From Octopus bimaculoides (lineage: Eukaryota): a stretch of 32,959 nucleotides of DNA. The notes under the pieces are model-generated. The model saw nothing but the letters and a program-made list of their open reading frames with translations. It was not told where the DNA came from and did not search any database. The DNA lies in assembly GCF_001194135.2 (NCBI RefSeq), contig NC_068998.1, positions 31,866,429 to 31,899,387 on the forward strand, written 5' to 3'. The first letter of the stretch is position 1. Every line of letters starts with the position of its first letter. Positions 1-9,905 of the stretch are shown here, one piece after another. A program made the position numbers and the translations under genes.

Positions 1-336
1 TTCTTAAATACATGTTTTACCTGTGAATTTGCGTGTGTAAACTGGGAATGCATACAACGAGTTTCTCTGCCCTAAGTGTACGGAAAACACTCGGCGAGAA
101 ATGGAAGAAAATTTGAAGAAAGAAGAAAAAAAACAACATAATAATAATAATAAACTTTGAAGCAGTTCTCAACCCTTAAAGAGAAACTTCACCCTTATTT
201 CTTAGTGGACTTTCTTCCTCTTCTTCTCTTACTCCAAAAGCAACTGTAGGTGGCAGCACCAACAGTCACCAGTCAAATTTCCCACGAAGTTAGTGATTAG
301 ACATTTAATATATTGTTGTTGCTGTTGTTATTATTA

Positions 337-395
337 TTCGACTTGACTCAGGAGAAAACTTATTCCTGGTAGAATTTATGCGGGTAGCAGATTTA
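337..395 (-). mobile_element. 3' UTR remainder of R4/Dong-like retroelement copy A, separated from its body by the Gypsy insertion
   Basis: Minus strand reads CTGCTACCCGCATAAATTCTACCAGGAATAAG...CCTGAGTCAAGTCGAATAATAATAA. This matches the 3' UTR end of copy B at about 30525-30590 (CTACTATCCACATAAATCCTACCAGGAATAAG...CCTGAGCCAAGCCGAAATAATAAT). It ends in a (TAA)n tail. Confidence 0.85.
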
Positions 396-604
396 TTTTA
401 TATCCTTGACAAACGTTGGATATATAAATTTACGAAGCGGAAGTAAAATCAATGTATTCACAAGACGTACTTCTCAAGACTTCCAAACATCCCCTCAACG
501 ACTCCGACTGACCTCTTGTCTCAACCAATATGCTACTTTTTATAAGAGTTCGCTAGTCCATTCTTCCAGTCCATCCCCCAACGTTGTCAGTGACTCTTGC
601 CACA
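396..604 (-). repeat. 3' LTR of the Gypsy element (209 bp)
   Basis: Direct repeat of 5029-5204. Begins TGTGG on the minus strand immediately after the polypurine tract. Confidence 0.92.
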
Positions 605-618
605 TCTCCCCCTTTGAG
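605..618 (-). other. Polypurine tract (PPT)
   Basis: Minus strand CTCAAAGGGGGAGA abuts the TG start of the 3' LTR. Confidence 0.85.
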
Positions 619-734
619 ATTGACTTCTGTTCGAAGTTAATATCATTATTTTTATTTATTTCTTTTTTTCATCACATCTCCCTTTTTGAGATTTTCCTCC
701 TTGGGAAGTTTAATATTTCTTCCATTTAGGCACT

Positions 735-1724
735 ACTTCCAACCGTTTTGTTTGTTTCCTCTTGTATTGCTAGGCCTAGGTTCGATTTCTTGTGGCGTTG
801 GATCATCAAAGGTGTCAGAACACTTCTACGGTTATCTCTTTTCTTTTTTTCCGAATATCTATTTTTTAGCTCGTTTAAATGTCTTCTGTGTTCCCAGTTT
901 TCGCCTCTTAACATATGTCATTTTGCCTATTCTTTTAGTTACTACTCCGTCTTCCCAACCTTGTCTCCCATTTTTATATAGTTTGGAAAACACTTTGTCA
1001 CCGATATTAAAATACTTTCAACATCTTGTTGAAAACTGACTTTATTTTTCGAGCAATCATTAATTCCGCAGGCGACTTGCCAGAAAAAACGTTTGGGTTT
1101 GGTATTATCCAATGAGCCCTCAAGAATTGTGTCAACGATGCGCCATCGACTAGCTCGTTTCTTGATTTCTTTAATGCTCTTTTAAATGAATCCACGAACA
1201 TTTCTGCTTGCCCGTTTGATTGTGTGTGATACAGAGGGGTAGTGGTATGTTCAGTTGAGTACATCGTGAAAAAATTCTTAAATTCATTCGCCGCGAATTG
1301 TGTGCCGTTATCGGAGACTATGGTATCCGGGACACCATATCTAGTTAAAAGTTCCTGTAGAAATTCCGCTGTCATGATGGATTTACTACATTTACACATT
1401 TCTGGCCATTTAGTAAAGCTATCTTCTGCTATTAGATAATATGCTCGGTTTAACGGTCCTGCAAAGCCTATGTGTAGTCTGAACCGTGCAATAACGGAGT
1501 TGGGCCAAGGTTGAAATTTTATAGGTGGTGATTTCGCTGCCAGAGCACAACCTCAGCAGGATTTTATCAACTTCTCAATATCTATATCCATTTTTGGATA
1601 GTAAACATAACTCCTCATAAGCGACTTCATCCTAGAAATTCCTGGATGTCCAGTGTGGAATTCCTTTAACATTCGACCTTGTAGTGAGGTAGGCATTACA
1701 ACCCTCTGTGCATACATTAGCACA
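735..1724 (-). pseudogene. Gypsy integrase, frameshifted
   Basis: HHCC region RVVMPTSLQGRMLKEFHTGHPGISRMKSLMRSYVYYP...C (ORF 1553-1756). Core YGVPDTIVSDNGTQF...YHTQSNGQAEMFVDSFKRAL (ORF 1007-1399). Confidence 0.9.
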
Positions 1725-2134
1725 TGTAGTAACGCCGTGCGCATGCGTTGTCTCACGCATGCGTGGAATTAAACAAGCAAGCGTTCCCGCTCAATTCACT
1801 CTCTTTCTTGCTGACCAGCAATAGAGCATGGACGTGTCAAGCAGTGTCTCTAGCATTCCAGCCTGGATACAGTCTCTTTACGTGTATAGCTGTCACTCTC
1901 CATCTTTCGGACTTACACTCGACAGCTCGCTTACATCTACATAACAACGTCCCAACAACTATACTCACACACACAGAAGCTGTAACAACAAGAGCTAAAG
2001 ATGTATATGTTTACCACCTGAATAAATGTTGTTTAAGTTGATAGTCTGGAGTTCAGCGTTCCGTTTATATTTCTTAATTTTATATAGGAAAGTCAGGTAT
2101 ACATCTAATGATGTATAACCAACTTTCCTATACA
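1725..2134. mobile_element. 410-bp insertion in Gypsy pol, probable solo LTR of another family
   Basis: Interrupts pol between ...TVSNVYSIC and VLMYAQRVV. Bounded by TG (1725) and CA (2133-2134). AATAAA at 2021-2026 on the plus strand. No clean TSD. Confidence 0.65.
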
Positions 2135-3007
2135 CATATCGAATACACATTAGAAACTGTGTTACGACCAGCCACATGTATTTTTTTATTTGTTTCTTCA
2201 GTATTTTTTTCATTTTTATGATAAACTCGTCCATCTCTGCCTTAATTTTTATTTCCTCCAATGTCATGCACAACATTGCACAATATATTTTTTATTTCAT
2301 TTTCGGTTTTTGACGCCGCTATTACTGTGTCTTCTAGTGATTCACTATATTTTGTATTAACCTTGACAAACCATCTGCATGTCCCAAATTTTTCCGATAG
2401 CAAATATTTCATTTTGAAGTCGTAATTCAGTAGGATCGTTCCCCAACACTGCAATCTGTTGACTGTATGTGTGGAGATGCCCTTTTTTGATCCATAGATC
2501 GACAATAATCGGTGGTGGTCTGTCTACTGACGAAACCGTCTTCTATATATATAAATTTATGGAATTTTTTACCGCAGATATGCTGGCTAACGCTTCTTTT
2601 TCTTTCATTGTAACTTTTCACAGCCGGCAATAATGAACTCGAAGCATGAGCTACTGCTTTCAGGCTACCATCTTCATATTTGTGTAAAAATACAGCTCCA
2701 ATACCACTTTCACTATCACCTGCTGCCACTACTATTTCTAAATTCGGGTCAAAATGTGATAACGACAATTCCGATGTTAAGACGTTTTTTAATTTCTTCA
2801 AAAGCTTTTTGGCATTTGTCCGACCAATTCCATTTAACGTCTTTTTTTAAACAAGTTATTCAGAGGTACTCTTGCATTGTGTCTATTCGGGATGTAGATC
2901 TGGTAGTAATTTGTGACTCCCCAAAATGCTTGTAATGTTTGTTGGGGGAGGCATATTTTTTTTTTATTGCACTCGTCCTAGACGGGTCTCATCTGCATCC
3001 ATTTTCA
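2135..3007 (-). pseudogene. Gypsy RT connection and RNase H region, frameshifted
   Basis: LSLSHFDPNLEIVVAAGDSESGIGAVFLHKYEDGSLKAVAHAS (ORF 2427-2801) and IYGSKKGISTHTVNRLQCWGTILLNYDF (ORF 2242-2505). Confidence 0.88.
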
Positions 3008-3470
3008 TCAATAATCTGCCGTAAATATTTTATTCTTGGCATTAAAAAATTCCCACTTTTCCTCGCTGAGCTTAAACCCATAATCATTTATTCTTTCGAA
3101 GACCTTTTTAACATGCTGACCCCGAGATTCACTTTTTATGAGTATATCGTCAAGGTAAGCGACAGCGAAATCCGAACTTGTGGGCATAATGTCCATAACT
3201 TGTTGGAAAATGCCAGGTGCTACCTTTATATCAAAGGCGAGTCGATTATACAACCCTTTATGGGTATTTATTGTCAATAATTTTGAACATTCTTCATCGA
3301 CTGTAACCTGCTAATATGTCTCAGATAAGTCCAACTTTGAAAAAAAAAATCCTCTTATCAATTTCATGAAAATCTCCTCTGGACTTGGTAACAGGTAATT
3401 ATATGGTATCAAACATTCGTTTAATCCCATTGAAAAATCAACGCATACTGGAATTTTTTTCTTGACATAA
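3008..3470 (-). pseudogene. Gypsy reverse transcriptase; N-terminal part runs into gap 3471-3681
   Basis: CVDFSMGLNECL...YLLPSPEEIF...FSKLDLSETY and TINTHKGLYNRLAFDIKVAPGIFQQVMD...AVAYLDDILI. Confidence 0.92.
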
Positions 3471-3863
3471 NNNNNNNNNNNNNNNNNNNNNNNNNNNNNN
3501 NNNNNNNNNNNNNNNNNNNNNNNNNNNNNNNNNNNNNNNNNNNNNNNNNNNNNNNNNNNNNNNNNNNNNNNNNNNNNNNNNNNNNNNNNNNNNNNNNNNN
3601 NNNNNNNNNNNNNNNNNNNNNNNNNNNNNNNNNNNNNNNNNNNNNNNNNNNNNNNNNNNNNNNNNNNNNNNNNNNNNNNNNTCCCCACCCCGATGCCTTA
3701 TTTGTACTGGCAGAAAAACTATTCACATTTTTGAAAAAGATATTTATGGGGTAGTACTACAAGTTAAGCAGTTCCATCCAGTCTCTTCCAAATAAATTTG
3801 CGGTATTTTTCAGCACAAAAACTTTGGCTTTCAAGATTTTTCCGCGAAATGTAACATCACTTA

Positions 3864-4950
3864 TCATTTCACCCTCAAAACACAACTTTTTTCCCGAAAA
3901 CGTCGTGCAATTTTCGAAGTTTCCTTTAATCTAGGTTTCCCTATTTTTCTCCATGTATCTGTATTAATTAGCATATCACTGCTTGTATCCAATTGTAACT
4001 TGATATTTACATTTTTCATTTTTATGGACACAAATTTTCTTTTCTGATTCTCGCTTAGAATTTCTGTTAACAATGCATTCATTATAGCGTTTTTTTTTTG
4101 TTGCGCTATACAATGTGAGCTTTTATGTCCAATTTTTCCACACTCAAAACATTTACGATTTTTAAAAGTACATTTACTTCTAAAATGTAAATCTCCGCAC
4201 CCACAGCATGGATTCGGTCTTGATGTTCGTTTTTCCGTTTTCCTATCCGTTTCAGGTCGATACGCATGTATCTGAGAGCAATCTTTTTTCTTCATTTTTA
4301 TCCGCATCGTGCCTTAAATTTATAATCCTCAGGCATTCTTCAGCCACTGTCTGTAGAGTTAATTTTTGGTTCTGTTCTAATTTTGTTAATATATGGGAAC
4401 CTATGTCAGCATCTTTTCTTGCAGTTAACCTTTGAACAAAAATGAGACATTTGGACAAATCCGGGGTTAATTCATTTAATTTGAATTTTTCACACTCTTT
4501 GTTAACGACCCCAGCATAGGTGACGAAATCTTCATCTTTTTAAACTAAATTTAAACACCACCAACATGTATTGAACACTTTCTCTGAAAATTCTCGATAA
4601 TAAATTAATTGCTTCATCGAAACCAATCTCACCTGGTTTCTTCGACAGAATATAATTAAAGTATTTTTCGTGTTTGGTAGGGGATAACTTTCTTAAAAGT
4701 AGTCGCATCTTCTCGTCATTCTAACTTTACGTTCTTCTATGAAGATTTCTTCGTATCTTCTAAAATATGCAGAAAAAGTAGTACCTTCTTGGTTATAGAT
4801 AAAGTTTCCAATTGAATTTGCTACGCCGTCTGACGAGAACGAACCTGAAGTATTTTCAGACTTCTTCAACATTACTTCCAGTAACTGTTGGTATTGTTGT
4901 TGTAACTGCTGTTGCAACTGCACCACGCAAACCAATAAGTCTTCCATGTT
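3864..4950 (-). pseudogene. Gypsy gag (two CCHC-type knuckles) and aspartic protease
   Basis: FIYNQEGTTFSAYFRRYEEIF, LEQNQKLTLQTVAEEC, CCGCGDLHFRSKC followed by CFECGKIGHKSSHC, and protease IKLQLDTSSDM (degenerate DTGS motif). Confidence 0.9.
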
Positions 4951-5015
4951 AATGATTTTTTCTTTGATTTCGTACCAAAAAAAAAAAGAATTAACGTCCG
5001 ACGCAAGCTTCAAAT

Positions 5016-5027
5016 ATCTCATCGCCA
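5016..5027 (-). other. Primer-binding site, probably tRNA-Ser
   Basis: TGGCGATGAGAT starts 1 nt after the 5' LTR. It resembles TGGCGACGAGGAT, the complement of the tRNA-Ser(GCT) 3' end, with a CpG transition and a 1-nt deletion. Confidence 0.7.
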
Positions 5028-5028
5028 C

Positions 5029-5204
5029 TTTTATATCCTTGACAAACGTTAGGATATGTAATTTAACGATGCAGAGGTAAAAATGTGTTCACATGACGTA
5101 CTTCGTGGACTCCCAAACATCCTCTCGACGACTCCTACCGACCTCCCGTCTCAACCAATACACTACTCTTTCAATCCCCAGGGGAGTCAATGACTCTCGC
5201 CACA
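5029..5204 (-). repeat. 5' LTR of the Gypsy element (176 bp)
   Basis: About 85% identical to 396-604 by hand alignment and about 33 bp shorter. Followed by the PBS. Confidence 0.92.
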
Positions 5205-5704
5205 ATAATTTACTATCTTAGATACCTACATGATTTCAATAAGCCGTTGAGTGCTCAAAATCCTTCTGATGATCTTTACTGTTTTTCAGAGGTAAACCTT
5301 CTCTACAGGCCATTCTATTCCAATCTCCTTTAACATGTTATCATTCACAGTCTCTAATGTACCAATTATCGCAGGTACAACCTTTACAAATTTTATGTTC
5401 CAAATCCTAATAATCTCAAATTTTCATGGGTTGTATTTCTTCAGCTTTTCATCTTCTTTCTTTCCAATCCTGGAATTGAATAGATCAATCAGTGAGAAAA
5501 TTCGATTTTATTTGTCTCCTATTGTAATATCTTGCTTGTTATGTTCTATCTTATCTGGTTGAATTGGAAAATCTCACAGAATCTTGAATATATCCAACTC
5601 AAGTACTTTTTCTACCAAATGATATTACCTGCTTCTAACTCCCATTTCTGACAAAACATCCAATGCAAAACTTTCATAGCTTGATCATGCCTCCATTTCT
5701 TATA
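5205..5704 (-). mobile_element. R4/Dong-like (RLE-type) non-LTR retroelement, 5'-truncated copy A
   Basis: Hand translation across frameshifts gives YKKWRHDQAMKVLHWMFCQKW...DFPIQPDKIEHNKQDITIGDK...LIDL...KKEDEKLKKYNP...VKVVPAIIGTL...KIIRRILST. This is the knuckle tail plus restriction-like endonuclease domain. The 5' junction lies in (ATC)n at 5705-5721. Confidence 0.8.
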
Positions 5705-5730
5705 TCATCATCATCATCATCTTCATTATT

Positions 5731-5937
5731 AAGGTGGCAGAATTGTTAGCACACTGGGCAAAAGGCTTCATAACATTTCATCTGTCCTTACGTTCTGAGT
5801 TCAAATTCTGCCAAGGTCGGCTTTGCCTTTCATTTTATTTGGAGTCGATAGAATAAGTACCAGTCGAACACTGGAGGTCGATGTAATCAACTCATCTCCT
5901 CCCCCGGAATTGCTGCCCTTGTGGCAAAATTTGAAGT
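5731..5937 (+). mobile_element. tRNA-derived SINE, array copy 1
   Basis: A-box-like TGGCAGAATTGTTAG and B-box-like GAGTTCAAATTC. Central TTTGCCTTTCAT...GTCGATAGAATAAGTACCAG, which resembles the Meta-SINE domain from memory. (AAT)n tail. Confidence 0.85.
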
Positions 5938-5963
5938 GATAATAATTATTATTATCATTATTA

Positions 5964-6170
5964 TAGTGGCAAGCTGGTAGGATCGTTTGCATGCTGGACA
6001 AAATGCTTAGTGGCATTTCATCTGTCATTACATTCGGAGTTCAAATTCTGCCAAGGTTGACTATGCCTACCATCCTTTCAGGGGCGATGAAATAAGTACC
6101 AGTTGAACTCCAAGGTCAATATAATTGACTAGTCCTAAAAGTTTAGACCTTTTGTTTAAAGTAGAAAGGA
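5964..6170 (+). mobile_element. tRNA-derived SINE, array copy 2
   Basis: Same family motifs as 5731-5937. Confidence 0.85.
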
Positions 6171-6386
6171 AAGGAAGCAATTTGGCAGAATCATTAGTAC
6201 GCCGGGTGAGATGCTTAGCGATATTTTGTCTGCTGCTACGTTCTGAGTTCAAATTCTGCCAAGGTATACTTTGCCTTTCATCCTTTCAGGGGCGATTAAA
6301 TAAGTACCAGTTACGCACTGGGGTCGATGTAATCAACTTAATCCCCCCCCACCAAAATTTCAGCCTTGTGCCTACAGTAGAAAGGA
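6171..6386 (+). mobile_element. tRNA-derived SINE, array copy 3
   Basis: Same family motifs as 5731-5937. Confidence 0.85.
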
Positions 6387-6413
6387 TTATTATAATAATT
6401 ATTTGTAGTAGTA

Positions 6414-6630
6414 ATGGTAGCAAGCTAGCAGAATTGTTAGCACACCAAACAAAATTCTTAGTGGGATTTTGTCTATCTTTACATTCTGAGTTTCAAATTC
6501 TGTCAAAGTTGATATAACCTTTCATTCCTTCAAAGTTGATAAAAATAAGTACCAGTTGTGCATTGGTGTCGATGTAACAATTTTTCCCCACTCCTCAAAA
6601 TTTGCTTGTCTTGTGCCAAAAATAAGAAAG
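6414..6630 (+). mobile_element. tRNA-derived SINE, array copy 4, with 17-bp TSD
   Basis: Same family motifs. Flanked by perfect direct repeats AATTATTTGTAGTAGTA at 6397-6413 and 6631-6647. Confidence 0.88.
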
Positions 6631-6916
6631 AATTATTTGTAGTAGTAGCAATAGTAGCTTCTCATATTTTATGTTTTAGCAGTTTCTCTTGTTTTCTGTT
6701 GTAGCCAAAGTAATACTTTCATAATCTAAAACATTTAAGTTTCCAGGATATTTACTATTTATCCTTTTTTTCTATTTTACTGTCATATTTTTCACTTTTC
6801 TTTTCAAATAGTTTACTTGAGTCAACTTTACCATGAACAGACTTGAGAAAAACACATACTTGTGTGAATTTTGTTTTTCACTTTATAAACAGATACACTA
6901 GACAAATTTTGGCTAT

Positions 6917-6945
6917 TTGTGTGTGTGTGTATATGTATATGTATA

Positions 6946-6986
<41 letters not shown>
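6917..6986. repeat. Compound (TG)n/(TA)n microsatellite
   Basis: Directly visible. Confidence 0.95.
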
Positions 6987-6988
<2 letters not shown>

Positions 6989-8879
6989 TTTTGTAATTCT
7001 TGTTTACATATTTATAGGTAGGTATATAAAGATGTTAAAAAATAACATGAGATCATGCATAGATGTCTGCTTGAAACTTTTTCCAAAAGGAAAATACATA
7101 ACTTTGGTCTTGCATTTTGAAATTTGTGGGACAAATTCACCAGTGGGCTCTATATCCTGTAAACTGGTGGTCATTCAAAAAGGAATAAATGAATGAATTG
7201 TGATATGTATCAGGTTTTTGTAAGGAATAGGAAGATTTTCAATGATCAGAGTTAGAAATTCAGTGTAGTATTTGACGTTCAGGAGGCTTTTCATCCTCAC
7301 TTTTCCCAAATATGCTTTAAACTGATAACAAGTGTAGATGAGGGTACTTATAATTGTTAATGACTTCACTTCATTAAAGAATCTGTCAAAATCTATTGCT
7401 AAGAGTACTATATGTGAGAAGTATTGAGAGGAACTCTGTATCATTTATTTTTTATAAGGTAGTCAAAGAAGGAGAGCCAGTACCCACGATCCTTTCAGAC
7501 TTGGGCAATTGATGCAGTTAATACTGAACCTAAAGATCTGCAGGAAATACATGTGATGAAGAAACAGAGGCCTACTCTAAATACTTACAACAGAGTGACT
7601 GATGATAAAAGAACCTAAGAACAGGAGCACCAAAAGAAGTTTTGTGAGCAGAACAAAATTATTTTAGAACCCTGGCAGAAGGGGTTTATGATTTTTCTTC
7701 TTAGAGGGTAGTTTATCAGATATTCAGGAGCCCCTTCTTGGCTGTTCAGCCAGCTTGATACTCGGGCCCCATTTTTATATGATATGCCCAAGGACCAGGT
7801 ACTGGTGACAAGTTGAGCTGTAAGACCTACCACCCAAATTATGACTGACTGCCAAAATAAGTACAAATTACAAAAACAGAAAAAAAACAAAAAAACAAAA
7901 AAGAACAACAAAATGTGTACATGAAAGACAACAACAAATGGAAATTATTTAATTACTTAATTAAATTATTTAAATTACTGGTGACAAGTTGAGCTGTATG
8001 TTAGACCTACCACCAAATTATGACTGACTGCCAGTGCTACTGAATGGATGCTTATTCTGTTACTAAGGTTGAAAGATGTAGGTAAAGTGAGCACTAAATC
8101 TGTTACCATTATATTTACATCTTTTAATAGATAACAAGGCAGGTGTCTTAGTGAAAAGACGGGAAGAGGAGCCAAAGACCTACTATATAGATAGATGAGA
8201 GTTCTTTTAGGTTGTGGATATGAAGCTACATTCAAATTTGTGACATTTACAATCCATTCACCAACAAATTTTAAACAGAACATGGGTTCTTTCAATCACT
8301 GAACAAAAACAATTTCATGATTCAGTGAGAAAAAGTAGATAAAAATTATAATGATGGTGATGATGATGATAATATGGTAGGGGGAGGAGTAAATATAATA
8401 ACGATGATTGACTGCAGAGGTGAAGATAAAGGGGAAAAGGAAAATCAATTTAAAAAAAAATTATACAGAAAGGCATATTTACTTTGACGAAATATTAAAA
8501 AAGAAAAAAATATGCACATATAATTCTAAACTTAAACAAGAATATTGCAAAGGAAAAGAAAAAAACCGTTTTCAGGATCTGTTCTTTTAGTTTTTGCTTA
8601 GGAATTGGTTACTAATAGAAAGTTTGTATGTGTTATATAAAAATGTGTAAATCAAATTTTTACTTCCATTTCATGGTGTTCCATAGACAATAACTACAAA
8701 AAATGATTTATGGGGAGAAGAAAATTATTTCTTTATATTGGCTTTTACTGACATTCTTTTTATTTTACCTGCTTCTTGAAATTTGGTATTGGAATAAAAT
8801 GACAGTCCATTGCTTGGCAGCTCATCATCATTGTCAGCCATGTCTTCAATTGACCCCAAAAGGACAAAAACTAGAACCA

Positions 8880-8990
8880 ACCTTGGTAGCTTTGCTTTTC
8901 ATTCTTTCGGGGTCAATAAAATAAGTACTTGGGCAATGGAGTTGATGTAATTGACTTAGTCCCTCCCTTAAAATTTTTGACCTTGTGAAT
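8880..8990 (+). mobile_element. 5'-truncated SINE of the 5731 family
   Basis: TTTGCTTTTCATTCTTTCGGGGTCAATAAAATAAGTAC...GATGTAATTGACT. Confidence 0.75.
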
Positions 8991-9039
8991 AATAACTTCT
9001 ATATAGTTGTTGTTGTTATTGTTATATAATTGTAAAACA

Positions 9040-9425
9040 ATGTTGTTGGCACTCCGTCGCTTACGACGTCAAGGGTTCCAGTTGATCCGATCAGCGGAAC
9101 AGACTGCTCATGAAATTAACGTGCAAGTGGCTGAGCACTCCACAGACACGTGTACCATTAACGTAGTTGTCGGGGATATTCAGCATGACACAGTGTGACA
9201 AGGCTGACCCTTTGAATTACAGGCACAACAGAAACAGGAAGTAAGAGTGAGAGAAAGTTGTGGTGGAAGAGTACAGCAGGGTTCGCCACCATCCCCTGCC
9301 GGAGCCTCATGGAGCTTTAGGTGTTTTCGCTCAATAAACACTCACAACGCCCTGTCTGGGAATCGAAACTGCAATCCTATGACCGCGAGTCCGCTGCCCT
9401 AACCACTGGACCATTGCGCCTCCAC
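9040..9425 (-). mobile_element. Full-length tRNA-derived SINE with 9-bp TSD
   Basis: Minus-strand head GTGGAGGCGCAATGGTCCAGTGGTTAGGGCAGCGGACTCGCGGTCATAGGATTGCAGTTTCGATTCCC with A and B boxes. TSD TGTAAAACA at 9031-9039 and 9426-9434. Confidence 0.9.
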
Positions 9426-9559
9426 TGTAAAACAGTAATGATATTAATATTAATAGTAAGGAATAATATAACTATAATTATAGTGTTGGTTAAAAATCCA
9501 GCCAGATAGATACTTAACTTCCTATTTATGGGTTAAAACCTAATAAGCATAGTGCAACC

Positions 9560-9905
9560 CCAAGGAACATTTATTTCCTCAGCAATCGAAAAACAATTTG
9601 TATCTATGTATTCCTCCTGTCCCAACTTGCTGTTTTTTCTTTCAGGCAGAGTGAGTACAGGGAGCTCAAGACGGTGTTGCACTGGAGAAATGATACAAGG
9701 TCAAGGTATATGACAGGAGATGCATTTTTGCTGGCCCAACATTTAGAATAGTCTATCATGCAGAACTAGCAATTTCTTGAGCAGTCAGTAGTTTTCCAAC
9801 AAATACCCAAATTTTTCAGACAATGAACTCTTTCTCTCACTGCAAAAGAACATAAAACGTTAAGATAATTTTAGTTTAGTTGTGACTAACATTAGTTTTG
9901 AGACC
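9560..9905 (-). mobile_element. Second Chapaev3-like transposase fragment
   Basis: Homologous to about 13110-13420. Translates to TTDCSRNC*FCMID...KNASPVIYLDL, matching the WREPTDHxxNCYFCM region. Confidence 0.75.

Larger units (their letters stand above)
396..5204 (-). mobile_element. Full-length but decayed Ty3/Gypsy LTR retrotransposon, Mag-like
   Basis: Paired LTRs (396-604, 5029-5204), PBS and PPT. Minus-strand domain order is gag with two zinc knuckles, protease, RT (YLDD), RNase H, integrase. Many frameshifts and stops. Confidence 0.95.

Noticed and set aside
243-258. CTCF-like motif ACTGTAGGTGGCAGCA
   Set aside because: A partial match to a short motif with no supporting evidence.
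2527-2540. CTGACGAAAC hammerhead-like core
   Set aside because: No stem II or III, and it lies in Gypsy RNase H coding sequence.
4830-4845. CTGACGAGAACGAAC hammerhead-like core
   Set aside because: No GAAA or stems, and it lies in gag coding sequence.
5731-6647. CRISPR-like or satellite array
   Set aside because: The units are ~210-bp diverged SINEs with Pol III boxes. There are no short repeats with unique spacers and no cas genes.
7175-7444. L1-type RT remnant (LLAIDFDRFF)
   Set aside because: Only one weak motif; the flanking RT motifs could not be recovered convincingly.
9340-9425. Functional tRNA genes at SINE heads (also 19578 and 21863)
   Set aside because: They continue into SINE bodies, two have TSDs, and none forms a complete cloverleaf.
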